NCBI GenBank assembly: GCA_000165345.1
Contig: CM000431.1
Coordinates: 352,001 to 416,000, forward strand
Direction of reading: 5' to 3'
Length of the DNA stretch: 64,000 nt
This document shows positions 1-11,534 of the stretch, in pieces (positions within the stretch are counted from its first letter, which is position 1; every line of letters starts with the position of its first letter). The notes beneath the pieces are model-generated. The model saw nothing but the letters and a program-made list of their open reading frames with translations. It ran no database searches and was not told the origin of the DNA. The position numbers were made by a program, and so were the translations under genes.

Positions 1-3000
1 TTTGAAAACAATTCGTCCAACTTGTTCTCAATAAGCTGAGTCAAAATAGTAAAGTCTTCCAAAACTTGAATAGTAATTANAGAAAGAACCTGAAGAATTC
101 CATCAAAATATGCAGTTTTTGGAAGTCTATATAAAACTCCTAATCCTCCACCAAGTGTATTTCCCATACACATACAAGCAATATTCTGAGTTTTGTCCTT
201 ATTCTTATGCATCTCTATCATATAGAATGGAGTATAACTAAGTAGTAAAAGGGAATTATTGAATNTTCGTGTTAATATAGTTATTACTCCCAAAACAGCC
301 ATACTTGTACTTCCATTAATTCCTGGAAAATGAGTTAATATATCTAACATAGTAAATATAATATCCTTCTGATTCTTTTGTGATACCAAAAATGGAGTAT
401 TACTGCTTTCCGATACAGGTATAGATTGCTCAAATATAGGGAGNAGTCTCCATAATATCAGNCAAAAGTATTCAAACCAAATTGGGCACCTACTTGCTAA
501 CTTAATTCCTTTATCATTATATTCCTTGGATTCAGTTTCTTTATTTGCTGGAATCCAAACCAAACTGGATGGNCTTTGGNTACTNTTCATATTATTAGAA
601 TTGCTGTTAGAGTTAATATTATTGCCATTTTGGTTATTTTGTCCAGTTNATTGTCCGTTACCTTCTCCAAGATTNTCACGTATATACTTTTCCATATTCT
701 TAAATGTAAATCCATCATGNNTGGAATCAAATATATAATGGCCTTGAGTAAAAATATTAACAAAACTTAATAATGAATTAATTGGATGAAAAGATTGTTC
801 AGGTACCTGTTCAGTATTTGAATTACTAATATTGCTTTTATTCTTTGATTTGCTCGAATTCTTATTCTGAGTCGATGTTAACTTAATATAATTGGAATCT
901 ATTGATATCCAAAATGATTTGAGATCTGTCTTCTTATAAAGGAGAATAGATAATAAAGACAAATCTGGAATTAAGCTTAGATGAATTTTCTTAGTTGGAG
1001 CNCATTTCTTCGAGTATNTATCCAAGTTTGAATATATTTCTTGGTAGTTCAATTTGTTAAAGTTTGAATTACTGTCAATCAAAGGNGTTGAATTATTAAG
1101 TGATGTATAAAAAGAGTTGAATATTATAGGAAACTTGTCATTATTAAGTNTTTCATCTTGTAAGAAAGAAAGNTCTTCTTTAATGAATTGGTAACGATGG
1201 TTTGAAGACTCTGNAGAAAAAACTGACTGATTTCTCTCCAAAAGCATCTTCATAGATGTATANATNTGAAATAGGACCTTTTCCAACATATTGATTTTCT
1301 TAAGTAAAGGTGANAACTTAAGCATAATATCACAAACAATAGGTGATGAATAGTAGACATTTTTGCTTAAATAATATAACTCTGAAGGTAGAGTTGAGTA
1401 NATNCTTAGAATCTCACTTTTTTTATCTTCTTTGGATAAAGTCTTATACGNTATAAGTTTGCCTAACTCAAATTGTTCAGAAAGAACNTTNCCTATTCTC
1501 CTAAATGAATACATATAATTTCCAGCTTCTTCTGAAATCATTGTCTTATTCTCGTTCCTTTCTGTAACTCCTGTCAAATACTCGACAATTACTTCAATAT
1601 TATTNCCAAAGCAGAATATTGCATGCTCAGATACTCTAGAATCAAATCCCATCATATTTAATCTTTCTAATATTGAATTTACAGTATTTTCATCCTGGGN
1701 AGTCAGAGAAGCATCATGATTCTGTACNGAACTATCTATATTCAGATTAGAAGAANNCTGCAAATTATCATTACTTGTTGAGCTTGAAGAACGAGCATCT
1801 GCATCNCTGATACTATTTNGCTTGACAGTTTTNTCATTTGATTGATCNAAGTTCTTCGCAACAAAACTATTAAATGAATCGGATTGAATATCAAAAATAT
1901 GTAACATGATTTTGAAAGTAGATGATAAACATCTTATTGGGTAGAATATAAGCCAATTATTGTGTGCCATATCCAAATAATAGTTAGTTAGAACTTCTTT
2001 CCACCANAATTGGATATTTGTGATAATCATTAATAATATAGACTCAGTTAGTTCCACAGAATTAAACTCCATTCTAAAGAAGGAATCCAANCTTGAATCA
2101 AAGATATTAAGTTCTGCAGAGTTAGTATTNGAGATTATAGGCNTACAATTATTCAAATGGAATTTAGATTTATGAAGATGAGTAGTTNAAGTTGAATTTA
2201 AATATCTTTTCCAAGATGAAAAGTGNTCCAATAAAAGAATATTATTATGCATACTCTTTGTAGCCAAATAGAGAAGGCCGTTCAAGTTATGNACAGAAGA
2301 AAGCTTTGGAAGAATATACTCACTTAGNTGTCCTAAGAATTCAGAGCTATATTTCAACCTTGAGCTTGGATTCAAAGGAGGTAACATCTTATTAACATTT
2401 TCNGTATTGTGTTTACCAATNATTTTGCCCAAAACCATCCAATATGTTGACATAGAGAAATGGAAAAGGCTCATAATTTTCTCAAAAATACCAGTCTTGT
2501 ANGACAAATCTATTAAAAAAATATAAAATGTATTGTTTTGCTTGTCATCTATACACACCCTGTAGAANACATCAATTATTTCTGCAATATAGCAACAAAT
2601 CTGACCCATCTCATGTTTTCTTGTATTCATTGCATGCAAAAGCGGGAAACTCATGCATAATGTGGNCAGCNTGCGCAATACCGGTATTATCAATATTTTC
2701 AAATGGNGTGGACAGTTCTGGAANAGATTNGNAAAGNNGANTAAAAATGGCCTACAATTTGANAAGCNNNNANGTNTNGNNGNGGAGATNGNTNTCGNCA
2801 AANNNTTGGGGNNTCCNTTATCATTCCTAAAGAGCAAACTGGCGTTATTTTTCTTTTTGAATGTATTTGTAAGTCTTGATGCGAGTATTAGACAGCTTCT
2901 AATATTACAACAGGAAATTCGGCAAAGTTCCATAATAATTGGCATAAGATCTGTGTCTTTGGATATTTCGGATAAATTTTCAGAGTTCTGTTCGTAATAA

Positions 3001-6000
3001 ACAACATTAGAATAAGCATATTTTATCTGTGTTGACCATAAAAAGTCATTTACTGATAGCTGAGGCCATACAGAAAGTACTGGGTACGAAGTGCTGCATG
3101 TGGGTGATTCCTGTGCGTTATTAATACCAGAAGAATTATTTTGAGTATTTGTCGGCTGATTATTTGATGAGTTATCTTTTTTAATTAGTAATGGATGAGC
3201 GTGGGACTGGAATGAAGGATTGAGAAGCGAAGCTGACATATTATTATTACTAAGAAGGGAATCTTGAAGATACTTTTCAGATGCGTTAAAGTAAAGGAAT
3301 TCCAAAAGTTTTGGGAAAATTGGAGCAATCATGTTCACAGCCTGGTTATATAAGCTCATTATAGAGGCTCCATAAGGACAATAGTCACAAGGAGAGGTAG
3401 AATCTTGAAGCTTCACAATATCTTTTGAAATCAAATAGGACTGAACTATTCTTGAATGATTATAATTGGCAGCGTTTCTGAACATACAATTTATAGCAAA
3501 AATGCATGTAACCACTTTTGATAATCTTGAGATGGAATTATGGTCAACTTCTACATTTTTAAAATCTTTGCAAGCTTCTTGAAGAGTAGGTAACACCTGA
3601 TATTGTAAATCTGCGATCGAGATGTTTCTACTTGTTCCAAGAAATGTGAATAGAGAAATTAATGGATGGTTTGTTAGGATTGCTGCAAAAGCTGGAGGAA
3701 GAGAATCATCAACAATTGACCTTAAAACGTGATAAGGACCTCCTTGTAAAATAAACTGGTTAATTGTATCATGATTAGATAAGTATCCACATAGAAAACG
3801 TCCTACAATTGCCATTCTATCTGAAATTAAGAGATCTTTCGATTTTTTTGGAATTTTTATTGGCGTATAATATTCTTCAGGAGAATCCAAACTTTCCTTA
3901 CTAATTTCCGAAATTGGTTCCCATTTTGGAAGGCATTTTTGGATGAATCTAATCTGGAGAATAGCTGAAACTGAGATAAGGGAAATTGTCTTGGCTAGTT
4001 GGGAATGGTACCTAACAATCTCTTCAAATGCATTTCCAACCAAAGTTGCAATTTCACCCATTCTGTCAATGTGAATTGCATGGCTGGATGTAAGGAATTG
4101 AGAAAGTAAAATTAAAGGCTTAAAGTTGATGCTTTTCATAAGCTTAATGCCATCATTATGAAGAAAGAATATTGGAAGGTTTACCGCTAATATATTCAGA
4201 ATATCATCATTTTGAAGAATTCCAAAATTTATAGAATATAAAATAAATGGAATCAAATGATTATTAATTAAGTCTGGAACAATCGTTGGATCATTTGAAA
4301 CTAGTGGAATTAGTAATTGTATAACCAAAGAGTAATTCAAAAGTGAGTAAGTTTCTGGATACATTAATATGAGCATTAGACAGCTTCTATATATTGAGTC
4401 TTCTGACATCAGAAGTTCATATTGTATCTTTGATTGAGAAATTATTGGGTTTGAATCAGAATTTGAAACCAGGCTATTGTTATTTGGATGAATAAAAAGT
4501 TCCATAAATTTTAAAGATGTTTTGATAATCCATTGTCTTATGAGAATTACTCCTTCATCTTTAATAATCTTATTCTTGTACTCCTCTTTGGGAGAATCAA
4601 AGTAATACTTTTCTGATTGTAACAATCCTATTTCATATTGAAGTCTGGAAAGCATAATCTTATATATTGGCTTATTCTGTTGAAGTAGAAAGGAAATGTA
4701 AGTTTTCTTCTCTAACAAAGTTTCTAAGGCTCTGCAAATTGGCAAGACTAAAATAATGTAATAAGGATGGCGAATAGTAGAAATAAAATCAATAAATGCA
4801 ATAAGTATCGTAATGTGATGAGGAATATAAATATAAGAAGTAGAAGAAGATGATGAGTTTGTTACTATTGAATTAGGAGGTGGGTAAAGCTGCATTACCA
4901 AAATATAAATACCAATAAGTTCCATAACAAAATTGATCATTTCTTCCTCGAACTCAGCCATAATAAGGTTTGGGATGATTTTTGAAGAATCATTAATAGT
5001 TTTCTTCTGGAATTCCAAATCTAAGTTTTCATAATAATTATTGATCAAAAGTATCTCATCTTTAGCACTTTCCAAGTCCATATATGATGATAATGAAGTA
5101 TTATATTTCTTATGTAGCTCTACACTTGTTTGGTTATCAAGTTTATTACCTTTATAGTAACAATTCTCACCATCTTCATTACCATTATTTTCCTCAATCT
5201 TATCATAATTAATTTGGATCTCACTGAGTCTTTGTATTACTTGATCAGGTAATGGATAATTAACATTATTAAATATACTGGGATCAATGTACTCTAAAAT
5301 GTTGAATTGAGAATAATCCCCTTCAAAATCCAAAAGATTATTGGAAAGATTTTGATCATTATATTTGTACTGATTAAGAGATTCCGGAGGCTTCTTGATA
5401 AACTTTGGAAGTGGTCTATCCTTGTGATCATTAATATAATAAAGTATATCCCAAATAATCCTACTAATAAGACCATAAGAATTTGTGAAATTTAGTGCTT
5501 GAACGATAACTTTTGGAAAGATTCGATCTTGTAACATTAATGTAAGAAGTTCAACAATAGACCTCATACTAGTAATAAATCTGTATTGCTCGTTATTATT
5601 ATTGAGCTTTACCTTGGAATTACCTTCGAAAATGCTCAAATGACAGAATTCAAGGATTTCAATTGAATCTGGGATTAAAGTTGTATTTACCTGACAAATA
5701 TTAACTAAGTTATTGGTTGAGAAACCTGGAAAACTGAGTAAAGTAGTATATTTAACATCAACCCATTTCCTACGGAGCCATTTATCGCTGTAGCTCTTTA
5801 AGATTCGAACATAATGGTTTACAATAGACTTTAAACATATAGGTACCTTATATTTTCTCATTAAATCATCAACTTCAGGCTTGGAATTAACAGAAATAAG
5901 ATCCTTAAATTGAATCATTAAAATATGTGATTTATGATAATCAAAGCACATTTTGCATTCTTTTTCTTCAGAATCTGAATCTTTCCTAATAAAATGATTA

Positions 6001-6734
6001 CATATAAATGGTGGTATGTAAACTTCAATAAGATCATCATCATCAGGGTTTTTCCAAGTTTCTTCCTTGTAAAAGCTTGTAAGGGATGATAAAGCCTCAT
6101 TTTCCTTATTTTCAATTCCTGATTTATTAGAGCTTCTAGTATGTATTGGTAAATAGCATAATGTTGAGAGTCTCATCTGAAGATGGTAAACAGTCTCACT
6201 ATCAATATATCTTTTTGGTTTCTTCCAATTCGAGCAAGTAGTTGTCAAAGTTCTTAATGACCAACATACAATATCAGGATTTGAAGAATCTAAAAGAGCT
6301 ATAAGTCCAATAGTAGACGCATATAATGACTTTGAAGTGCAATTCTCCAATATAAGAAAAGTTGATTTCAATATCTTTTTCATCATTTCTTCACTTACAT
6401 CTCGAATATAACCATTAGCTTGCTTTAAGATATTTTCATTAGAATGACTTAATTCAGTACTTTCATCAGTTAGAGTGAGATGTTGAAGAAGAAATGGGTT
6501 TCCCAATTCCTCTCTAATAATATATGAGTTAATGTAATCATCAAATCTATTCAAAACTGATGCCCAACACTGTAGATCACCCTTATCCCAGATCCATCTC
6601 TGAAATGAATCCAGGTAACTATCGTAATTCGTCACATCATCACTACTTAATTTTAGAATTAATTCCCGTTGAGACTGAGGGAGAGAGGATACTGCTAGGA
6701 TATAATTGTCCCCTTTTGGGATACTAATCTTCAT
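1..6734 (-). CDS. Partial giant HECT E3 ubiquitin ligase, HUWE1/Tom1-like. Only the N-terminal ~2245 codons lie in the window; the gene runs off the left edge.
   Basis: The ATG is at 6734-6732 (cat on the plus strand). I hand-translated the reverse strand from 6734 down to ~6540: MKISIPKGDNYILAVSSLPQSQRELILKLSSDDVTNYDSYLDSFQRWIWDKGDLQCWASVLNRFD. This matches the HUWE1 N-terminal (DUF908) signature W..GK.DLYHWVDLLDRFD. My rougher read below 6540 also stayed open. The ORF track does not list it, presumably because no stop is reached before position 1. Ns at 79-2815 produce the X-filled pseudo-ORFs listed at 526-2997. Confidence 0.6.
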   Translation of the reverse strand, partial: MKISIPKGDNYILAVSSLPQSQRELILKLSSDDVTNYDSYLDSFQRWIWDKGDLQCWASVLNRFDDYINSYIIREELGNPFLLQHLTLTDESTELSHSNENILKQANGYIRDVSEEMMKKILKSTFLILENCTSKSLYASTIGLIALLDSSNPDIVCWSLRTLTTTCSNWKKPKRYIDSETVYHLQMRLSTLCYLPIHTRSSNKSGIENKENEALSSLTSFYKEETWKNPDDDDLIEVYIPPFICNHFIRKDSDSEEKECKMCFDYHKSHILMIQFKDLISVNSKPEVDDLMRKYKVPICLKSIVNHYVRILKSYSDKWLRRKWVDVKYTTLLSFPGFSTNNLVNICQVNTTLIPDSIEILEFCHLSIFEGNSKVKLNNNNEQYRFITSMRSIVELLTLMLQDRIFPKVIVQALNFTNSYGLISRIIWDILYYINDHKDRPLPKFIKKPPESLNQYKYNDQNLSNNLLDFEGDYSQFNILEYIDPSIFNNVNYPLPDQVIQRLSEIQINYDKIEENNGNEDGENCYYKGNKLDNQTSVELHKKYNTSLSSYMDLESAKDEILLINNYYENLDLEFQKKTINDSSKIIPNLIMAEFEEEMINFVMELIGIYILVMQLYPPPNSIVTNSSSSSTSYIYIPHHITILIAFIDFISTIRHPYYIILVLPICRALETLLEKKTYISFLLQQNKPIYKIMLSRLQYEIGLLQSEKYYFDSPKEEYKNKIIKDEGVILIRQWIIKTSLKFMELFIHPNNNSLVSNSDSNPIISQSKIQYELLMSEDSIYRSCLMLILMYPETYSLLNYSLVIQLLIPLVSNDPTIVPDLINNHLIPFILYSINFGILQNDDILNILAVNLPIFFLHNDGIKLMKSINFKPLILLSQFLTSSHAIHIDRMGEIATLVGNAFEEIVRYHSQLAKTISLISVSAILQIRFIQKCLPKWEPISEISKESLDSPEEYYTPIKIPKKSKDLLISDRMAIVGRFLCGYLSNHDTINQFILQGGPYHVLRSIVDDSLPPAFAAILTNHPLISLFTFLGTSRNISIADLQYQVLPTLQEACKDFKNVEVDHNSISRLSKVVTCIFAINCMFRNAANYNHSRIVQSYLISKDIVKLQDSTSPCDYCPYGASIMSLYNQAVNMIAPIFPKLLEFLYFNASEKYLQDSLLSNNNMSASLLNPSFQSHAHPLLIKKDNSSNNQPTNTQNNSSGINNAQESPTCSTSYPVLSVWPQLSVNDFLWSTQIKYAYSNVVYYEQNSENLSEISKDTDLMPIIMELCRISCCNIRSCLILASRLTNTFKKKNNASLLFRNDXGXPXXLXXXISXXXXXXXSNCRPFLXXFXNXFQNCPXHLKILIIPVLRXLXTLCMSFPLLHAMNTRKHEMGQICCYIAEIIDXFYRVCIDDKQNNTFYIFLIDLXYKTGIFEKIMSLFHFSMSTYWMVLGKXIGKHNXENVNKMLPPLNPSSRLKYSSEFLGXLSEYILPKLSSXHNLNGLLYLATKSMHNNILLLXHFSSWKRYLNSTXTTHLHKSKFHLNNCXPIIXNTNSAELNIFDSXLDSFFRMEFNSVELTESILLMIITNIQXWWKEVLTNYYLDMAHNNWLIFYPIRCLSSTFKIMLHIFDIQSDSFNSFVAKNXDQSNXKTVKXNSIXDADARSSSSTSNDNLQXSSNLNIDSXVQNHDASLTXQDENTVNSILERLNMMGFDSRVSEHAIFCFXNNIEVIVEYLTGVTERNENKTMISEEAGNYMYSFRRIXXVLSEQFELGKLIXYKTLSKEDKKSEILXXYSTLPSELYYLSKNVYYSSPIVCDIMLKXSPLLKKINMLEKVLFXXYTSMKMLLERNQSVFSXESSNHRYQFIKEXLSFLQDEXLNNDKFPIIFNSFYTSLNNSXPLIDSNSNFNKLNYQEIYSNLDXYSKKXAPTKKIHLSLIPDLSLLSILLYKKTDLKSFWISIDSNYIKLTSTQNKNSSKSKNKSNISNSNTEQVPEQSFHPINSLLSFVNIFTQGHYIFDSXHDGFTFKNMEKYIRXNLGEGNGQXTGQNNQNGNNINSNSNSNNMXSXQXPSSLVWIPANKETESKEYNDKGIKLASRCPIWFEYFXLILWRXLPIFEQSIPVSESSNTPFLVSQKNQKDIIFTMLDILTHFPGINGSTSMAVLGVITILTRXFNNSLLLLSYTPFYMIEMHKNKDKTQNIACMCMGNTLGGGLGVLYRLPKTAYFDGILQVLSXITIQVLEDFTILTQLIENKLDELFS
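2762..2815. other. Cluster of N base calls, a low-quality or unresolved assembly stretch. More single Ns are scattered across 79-2730.
   Basis: Seen directly in the sequence, inside the HUWE1-like coding region. Confidence 0.9.
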
Positions 6735-6934
6735 TTAAGTTGAGTCACTAAGAAAGTTAATCTTGATCCTCTTTAAAATTTATGTCTTTGAAATAATCGA
6801 CCAATATATTCTATGGGATCAGGCCTCACAAAAATCTTAATTCCTCCAATATTCTTATAGAAATATTATTGTTTTCCTAATTTCCAATTTTATTTGTAAG
6901 TAATTAATTTTTCTTTAGTTACCAATAAATGAGC

Positions 6935-6977
6935 TTGGCGCCACAACACTATGGGCACTTTTTTCGGCGCCAAAATT
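6935..6977. promoter_or_regulatory. Two E2F-like GGCGCC palindromes (TTGGCGCCACAA at 6935-6946, TTTTCGGCGCCAAAA at 6961-6975). They lie in the divergent promoter between the HUWE1-like gene (minus) and prefoldin (plus).
   Basis: Motif seen directly. The position is 120-240 bp from both start codons. Confidence 0.5.
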
Positions 6978-7094
6978 GTGTTGATCCTTTATTTAGAGGG
7001 AAATGCTAGGAATTAAATTAATTAATTAATAATAAAATAAAAAGATACTTGGCGTTTACAAATTTAGGCAATTTTGGAAGAAATTGAAGTAAAA

Positions 7095-7498
7095 ATGGCA
7101 TCAACTAGCAATGAGCATGAACTTATTACCAAGGAATTTTTAGAAACTCAAAAGAAATTTGAGCAAATCAATGAAAGAAGACGTATTTTGGTTGCACAAG
7201 AAAGCGAAAATCAAATGGTCAGTAAAGAGCTTGAATTGTTGGAGAGTGACGCAGTTATTTATAAGCTAGTCGGAAGTGTGATGGTAAAACAGTCTTTAGA
7301 TGATGCAAAAAGCACAGTTTCTAAAAGATTGGAGTATATTACTGGTGAAATTGAAAGTGTCAATAAGAGTTTTGAAAGTTTGCAATCAAAACTTGTTGAA
7401 AAATCTAATCAGGTGAGTTATAATTACCAATTATTTATTACTTTTTTTTAATTAATCTTAAATCTATATTATAGCTACAAAAATTGCAAAAGGCCTAA
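7095..7498 (+). CDS. PFDN6: Prefoldin subunit 6 (beta-type). Two exons, 7095..7412 and 7475..7498; intron 7413..7474 (GTGAGT...ATAG).
   Basis: The track M at 7074 is a TTG; the true ATG is at 7095. LLESDAVIYKLVGSVMVKQSLDDAKSTVSKRLEYITGEIES aligns with human PFDN6 LLDGSNVVFKLLGPVLVKQELGEARATVGKRLDYITAEIKR. Exon 1 ends in phase 0 at the GTGAGT donor. Exon 2 adds LQKLQKA and a stop. Confidence 0.75.
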
Positions 7499-8690
7499 AT
7501 TTATTTTATAGTTATAGTCAATAATCTCACTTTAATTAATATTATAATATTAAATTCAATACATAAATTGTTTTGTTATAAAGAACTTATCTTATTTGTC
7601 TTTCCTCCTCACTATTACTACTTTTTTTTATTTAAAAAAAAAGGAAATATTCCTGTGTTTTTATTTTTCCCAAGTTACTTTCATTCTAGCTTCAATTATA
7701 AAAAAAACTTTCAGCTTCTAGCTCATGTAGAAATCCTTAAAAATTGAAAACTATAAATTTATAAAGTTGCCTTTTCACTTGTAATATTCCAACATATTTA
7801 TTGCCTTTTGGCATTTATATGTTAATTCAAATGATCAATCATTTTCAAGAATTTTAGGCGCCTACCCCACAATAAATGTCAAATTGACGCATGCGCATAG
7901 AAATTTGTTATCATTCTGAATTTAGTCTGCAAATAATATTTAAATAAATTTAAACAAGAAACTAATATTTCTCAAGGATCAAGTGAGAAATATCTACTCA
8001 GAACAAGTCTTACTGACTTCTTACAATCAATATTCACTGCTAAAATTTTATAAAATAAAGAAAAGAAATTAAAATAATAAGGATTTTTAAAAAAAAAGTG
8101 CAACTTCACAATTCAATAAACCTATTTAACTTTCTTGAATTAGCAAATTCCGGTTTACCTCATATTTTATTTGAACCTAAATTTATTCAAATTAAAATAT
8201 TTAAAATTGTTTACAAACATTCCCGCCAAATACACACACATTTATTGGCGCCAACACTTTTCTTTTAAGAATCGAAAAGGTACCAAGTTCTATTGCAAAG
8301 AATCCAAATTTCAATATTTCCTGCAACTGTGATAACGAAAAATATTAGGATTCTGAATGGTATTGGTGAATCTAGACAAAAGTCTTTAAACGTTTTTGTT
8401 ATCTGAAAATAGAGTTGAGTTAATTTTTTTAATAACTATAAAACAACTTTTAGCGCCAATACATTTTTAAATTCAAGGGAAGAACCATTTTTGTATTTAA
8501 AGTTAAATCTCAAAAAATAGGGAATTAGATTCTTAGATAAATGCTTATGCAAACTGAAAGAAAGAAAACGCTCTAAACTTAGGAATAATCCTTTCTAACT
8601 CAGAAGGAAGAAATACCCACTCTTTATTTCAATGAAGCAAATAATCTATATTTATTACCTTCAAGTGACTAGAAGAATTTTATCATCACA

Positions 8691-10085
8691 ATGAAAGAAG
8701 TGGCAGAACTCCATTTGTCCGCATTGATCATTATTACTCTTCTTCTATCTTTTGGTTCTGCACTCTTCTCTGGTCTAACTTTAGGAATGATGACTCAAGA
8801 TCTTTTACATTTGAAAATATCTTCATCCTCAAAGAATAATAAAAATGCTGCTTTTTATGCGAAAAGGCTCTTACCTCTGAGAACTAATGGAAATTTTCTT
8901 CTAGTTACCCTATTATTTGGTAACGTTACCGTTAATACTGGTCTATCTATCTTAATTTCTGAATTAACTTCTGGTTGGCTAGCCTTCACTGTCTCTACTA
9001 TTCTTATTATGATCTTTGGTGAAATCATTCCTCAAGCTATCTGTTCTAGGTATGGTCTTTATATTGGAGGGTTCTTCTCTCCATTTATAAGACTTATTCA
9101 AATTATTCTATTTCCACTGCTAAAACCTATCTCAGTCATTCTTGATAAGGCTGTTGGTAAGACCAACGAAAAGATATACACTAGAGAAGAATTAAATACT
9201 TTACTTGAACATCATTCTAAAAAAGATATCATTTCAGTTTATGAGCTTGGACTTATAAAAAGAGTCATCTTTTCCAACTTTACTTTATCTGATATTATGA
9301 TACAAATTGATGAATTTCATATCTATTATATTGATTCTCAACTTGAAACTAATCAAATTGAAGATTTTATTAAAAAAGGTATTTCGAAGCTTTACATTAT
9401 TGATAATCATTCTACATATTCTGAATTATTCAAAGACGACTTCCAACAATGTTTAACTTATACAAAGAAAAATGATATTATATACTTGGATATTCCTAAT
9501 ACTAATGACCATCAATCTAACTATATTGAATATTCCAATTCCCCAATAACATCAGAAACTTACGATTCCGATTGCTCTATTTGTAATGATTCTCCCCATT
9601 CAAAAAGTGGTATTATATTAGGATATATAGATTTAGATCAGCTTTCAAAACAAAACAAAATTTTTCAAAATAAAAACAATTCAAATCGAATCTCAACTAT
9701 TGTCAATACCAAAAGCTTCATAAGACTAACAAACATTGTTATATCAAATAAAATGATGGATTTGATCAGAAATAAAGATACTCTGTCAATACTTACTAGT
9801 ATCTCTAATATTAAAGATAAAATTCTTTGTATCCAAGGATCAACATCAATCTCAACCTTATTTAATGTGCTCTGTCAGTACAACTTATCGCAAAATGATA
9901 TCATCATTATATACTCAACAATAGGAAATGGACATAAAATAAGATACGACGGAGTAATCACTCTGACAACATTGTATGAGTACATGTTCTCCAGCGAAAA
10001 ATATGTTGTAAATGAACTAAAAGAGGATATATGTAGTAATCTACTATTAAAACATCAACATCCAAATATATCTAGCTATTTCTAA
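8691..10085 (+). CDS. CNNM/Mam3-family putative metal (Mg2+) transporter, with an N-terminal DUF21 transmembrane region and a divergent CBS-pair region.
   Basis: Genuine ATG at 8691. Hydrophobic helices are followed by GEIIPQAICSRYGL, which matches the CNNM PQALCSRHGL motif. Confidence 0.7.
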   Translation: MKEVAELHLSALIIITLLLSFGSALFSGLTLGMMTQDLLHLKISSSSKNNKNAAFYAKRLLPLRTNGNFLLVTLLFGNVTVNTGLSILISELTSGWLAFTVSTILIMIFGEIIPQAICSRYGLYIGGFFSPFIRLIQIILFPLLKPISVILDKAVGKTNEKIYTREELNTLLEHHSKKDIISVYELGLIKRVIFSNFTLSDIMIQIDEFHIYYIDSQLETNQIEDFIKKGISKLYIIDNHSTYSELFKDDFQQCLTYTKKNDIIYLDIPNTNDHQSNYIEYSNSPITSETYDSDCSICNDSPHSKSGIILGYIDLDQLSKQNKIFQNKNNSNRISTIVNTKSFIRLTNIVISNKMMDLIRNKDTLSILTSISNIKDKILCIQGSTSISTLFNVLCQYNLSQNDIIIIYSTIGNGHKIRYDGVITLTTLYEYMFSSEKYVVNELKEDICSNLLLKHQHPNISSYF

Positions 10086-10293
10086 TTAAAACTTACAAAT
10101 AAAATGATACAAAGATTAAATATCATTATAGAATTTCAATAATGTGTCAAGAGTAGATCTAGAATACCATAGAATAAACTACTACAATTGTTATTAAAAG
10201 AACACAATTGCTTGCAAGTATATTTATAATAGATGTATCATTATCATCCACATAATAAAAAATAAATTTAGACCTTCTCCAGCTATATTAGAT

Positions 10294-11166
10294 TTATTGA
10301 CCCAATACCGGGAATGCTCTAGTGTCAGACACATCAGGAGCTTCTCTTCTGACTTGTAAGCTGCTATTTGGCCTTTGGTTACCTCTGTTTCTTCTATCAT
10401 CATTTCCTCTCCTATTGTAAGAGTTTCTACTTGTGTACTTTTCAACTAACTCAAAGTAGTTAAATACACCCTTGTCACTCTTAGTGTTATTTTTGTTAGC
10501 CTTGTTCTTGTTATTCTTATTTGTAGTGGTATTTGAACCATCATCACGAACATATCTTTGAAGGCCCTCCTTTTCGAAATCCTTAGCAGTGGTATTGCCT
10601 TTAACAATCTCAGTTTTAGGTACTTCAAGTCTTTTTGGAGCCATCTTCTTCATATATTCTTCGTAACTAATCATTTGGCTCTCCTTCTCTTTGGTTTCAT
10701 CAACTTTATTTTGTGATTCCTCAGAGTCAGCAACATTATCATCTAATTGATTATTAGAAGCAACATCAGAAGAGTTGGTATTATTGTACTTCTTCTCCTT
10801 ATCAATTATTTCATCTTCAATACCAGCAGAATCATTTTGCTTTGAAACTCTATGGGCCTTTCCAGAAGCGTCTCTTCTATCAAAAACTCTTCCATGAGAG
10901 CTAGTATATCCTCCTCTGCCACCTCTATGTACAGTATTTCCCTTTCTAGCACCTCTAGACATTTTAGAAGTTGTATCCAAAGCTGAAGCTGGAGCATTAG
11001 GGGTAACTTCATTCTTTGGATAAATTAAAGATGAAGGATTCTCCTTATTTCCAGCAGTGCTTTTTACAGGCTCTTGCTTAGTTATTATTTGTTGATCATC
11101 TTCATCGTCGCTTAAGCTTAAAGCTGCGAACTTGTTACGAGTATTTACTGTATATACCGTCCGCAT
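10294..11166 (-). CDS. Stm1/SERBP1/HABP4-family mRNA- and ribosome-associated protein (tentative).
   Basis: ATG at 11166. The N-terminus NKFAALSLSDDEDD, the RGGRGG motif, and the low-complexity basic/acidic composition are typical of Stm1_N/HABP4 proteins. Convergent with the CNNM gene. Confidence 0.5.
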   Translation of the reverse strand: MRTVYTVNTRNKFAALSLSDDEDDQQIITKQEPVKSTAGNKENPSSLIYPKNEVTPNAPASALDTTSKMSRGARKGNTVHRGGRGGYTSSHGRVFDRRDASGKAHRVSKQNDSAGIEDEIIDKEKKYNNTNSSDVASNNQLDDNVADSEESQNKVDETKEKESQMISYEEYMKKMAPKRLEVPKTEIVKGNTTAKDFEKEGLQRYVRDDGSNTTTNKNNKNKANKNNTKSDKGVFNYFELVEKYTSRNSYNRRGNDDRRNRGNQRPNSSLQVRREAPDVSDTRAFPVLGQ

Positions 11167-11297
11167 TTCCTACTTTGTAATTAAATTTCTAGCCTTTGAT
11201 CTTTCTTTGCAGTCAGATTTTGAACCTTAAGTATTTAATTGTCTTGTGTAGACACCAACTTGAATTATATAACATTAAAAATAAATTTCCTCAAAAG

Positions 11298-11303
11298 CCC
11301 GCC
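11298..11303. promoter_or_regulatory. G-box-like CCCGCC (AAAGCCCGCCTAAAAAA) 130 bp upstream of the Stm1-like gene.
   Basis: Seen in the sequence. Confidence 0.35.
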
Positions 11304-11534
11304 TAAAAAAAAAAAAGAAAGAACCGAATGCAAAATATTATTCAGGAGGTAATATATGGAGGGAAAAATAAGAGTTTGATAGTATTATGATTTACTGAAA
11401 TTAGTAATGAGTTTAAGGGTGGAAGAATTATAAAATTTAGATAAATAGATTATATTAAAATATACTTTATAGTTATAGCTAAGTAAGAGGAACAATACAC
11501 GAATATACAACATAAAAGTTTTGATTACTAGTAG

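Noticed and set aside
526-2997. X-containing ORFs (526-738, 576-770, 2528-2830, 2653-2997) and the absence of any long track ORF in 1-6735.
   Set aside because: These are artefacts of N base calls inside the partial minus-strand HUWE1-like gene, which has no stop before the window edge.
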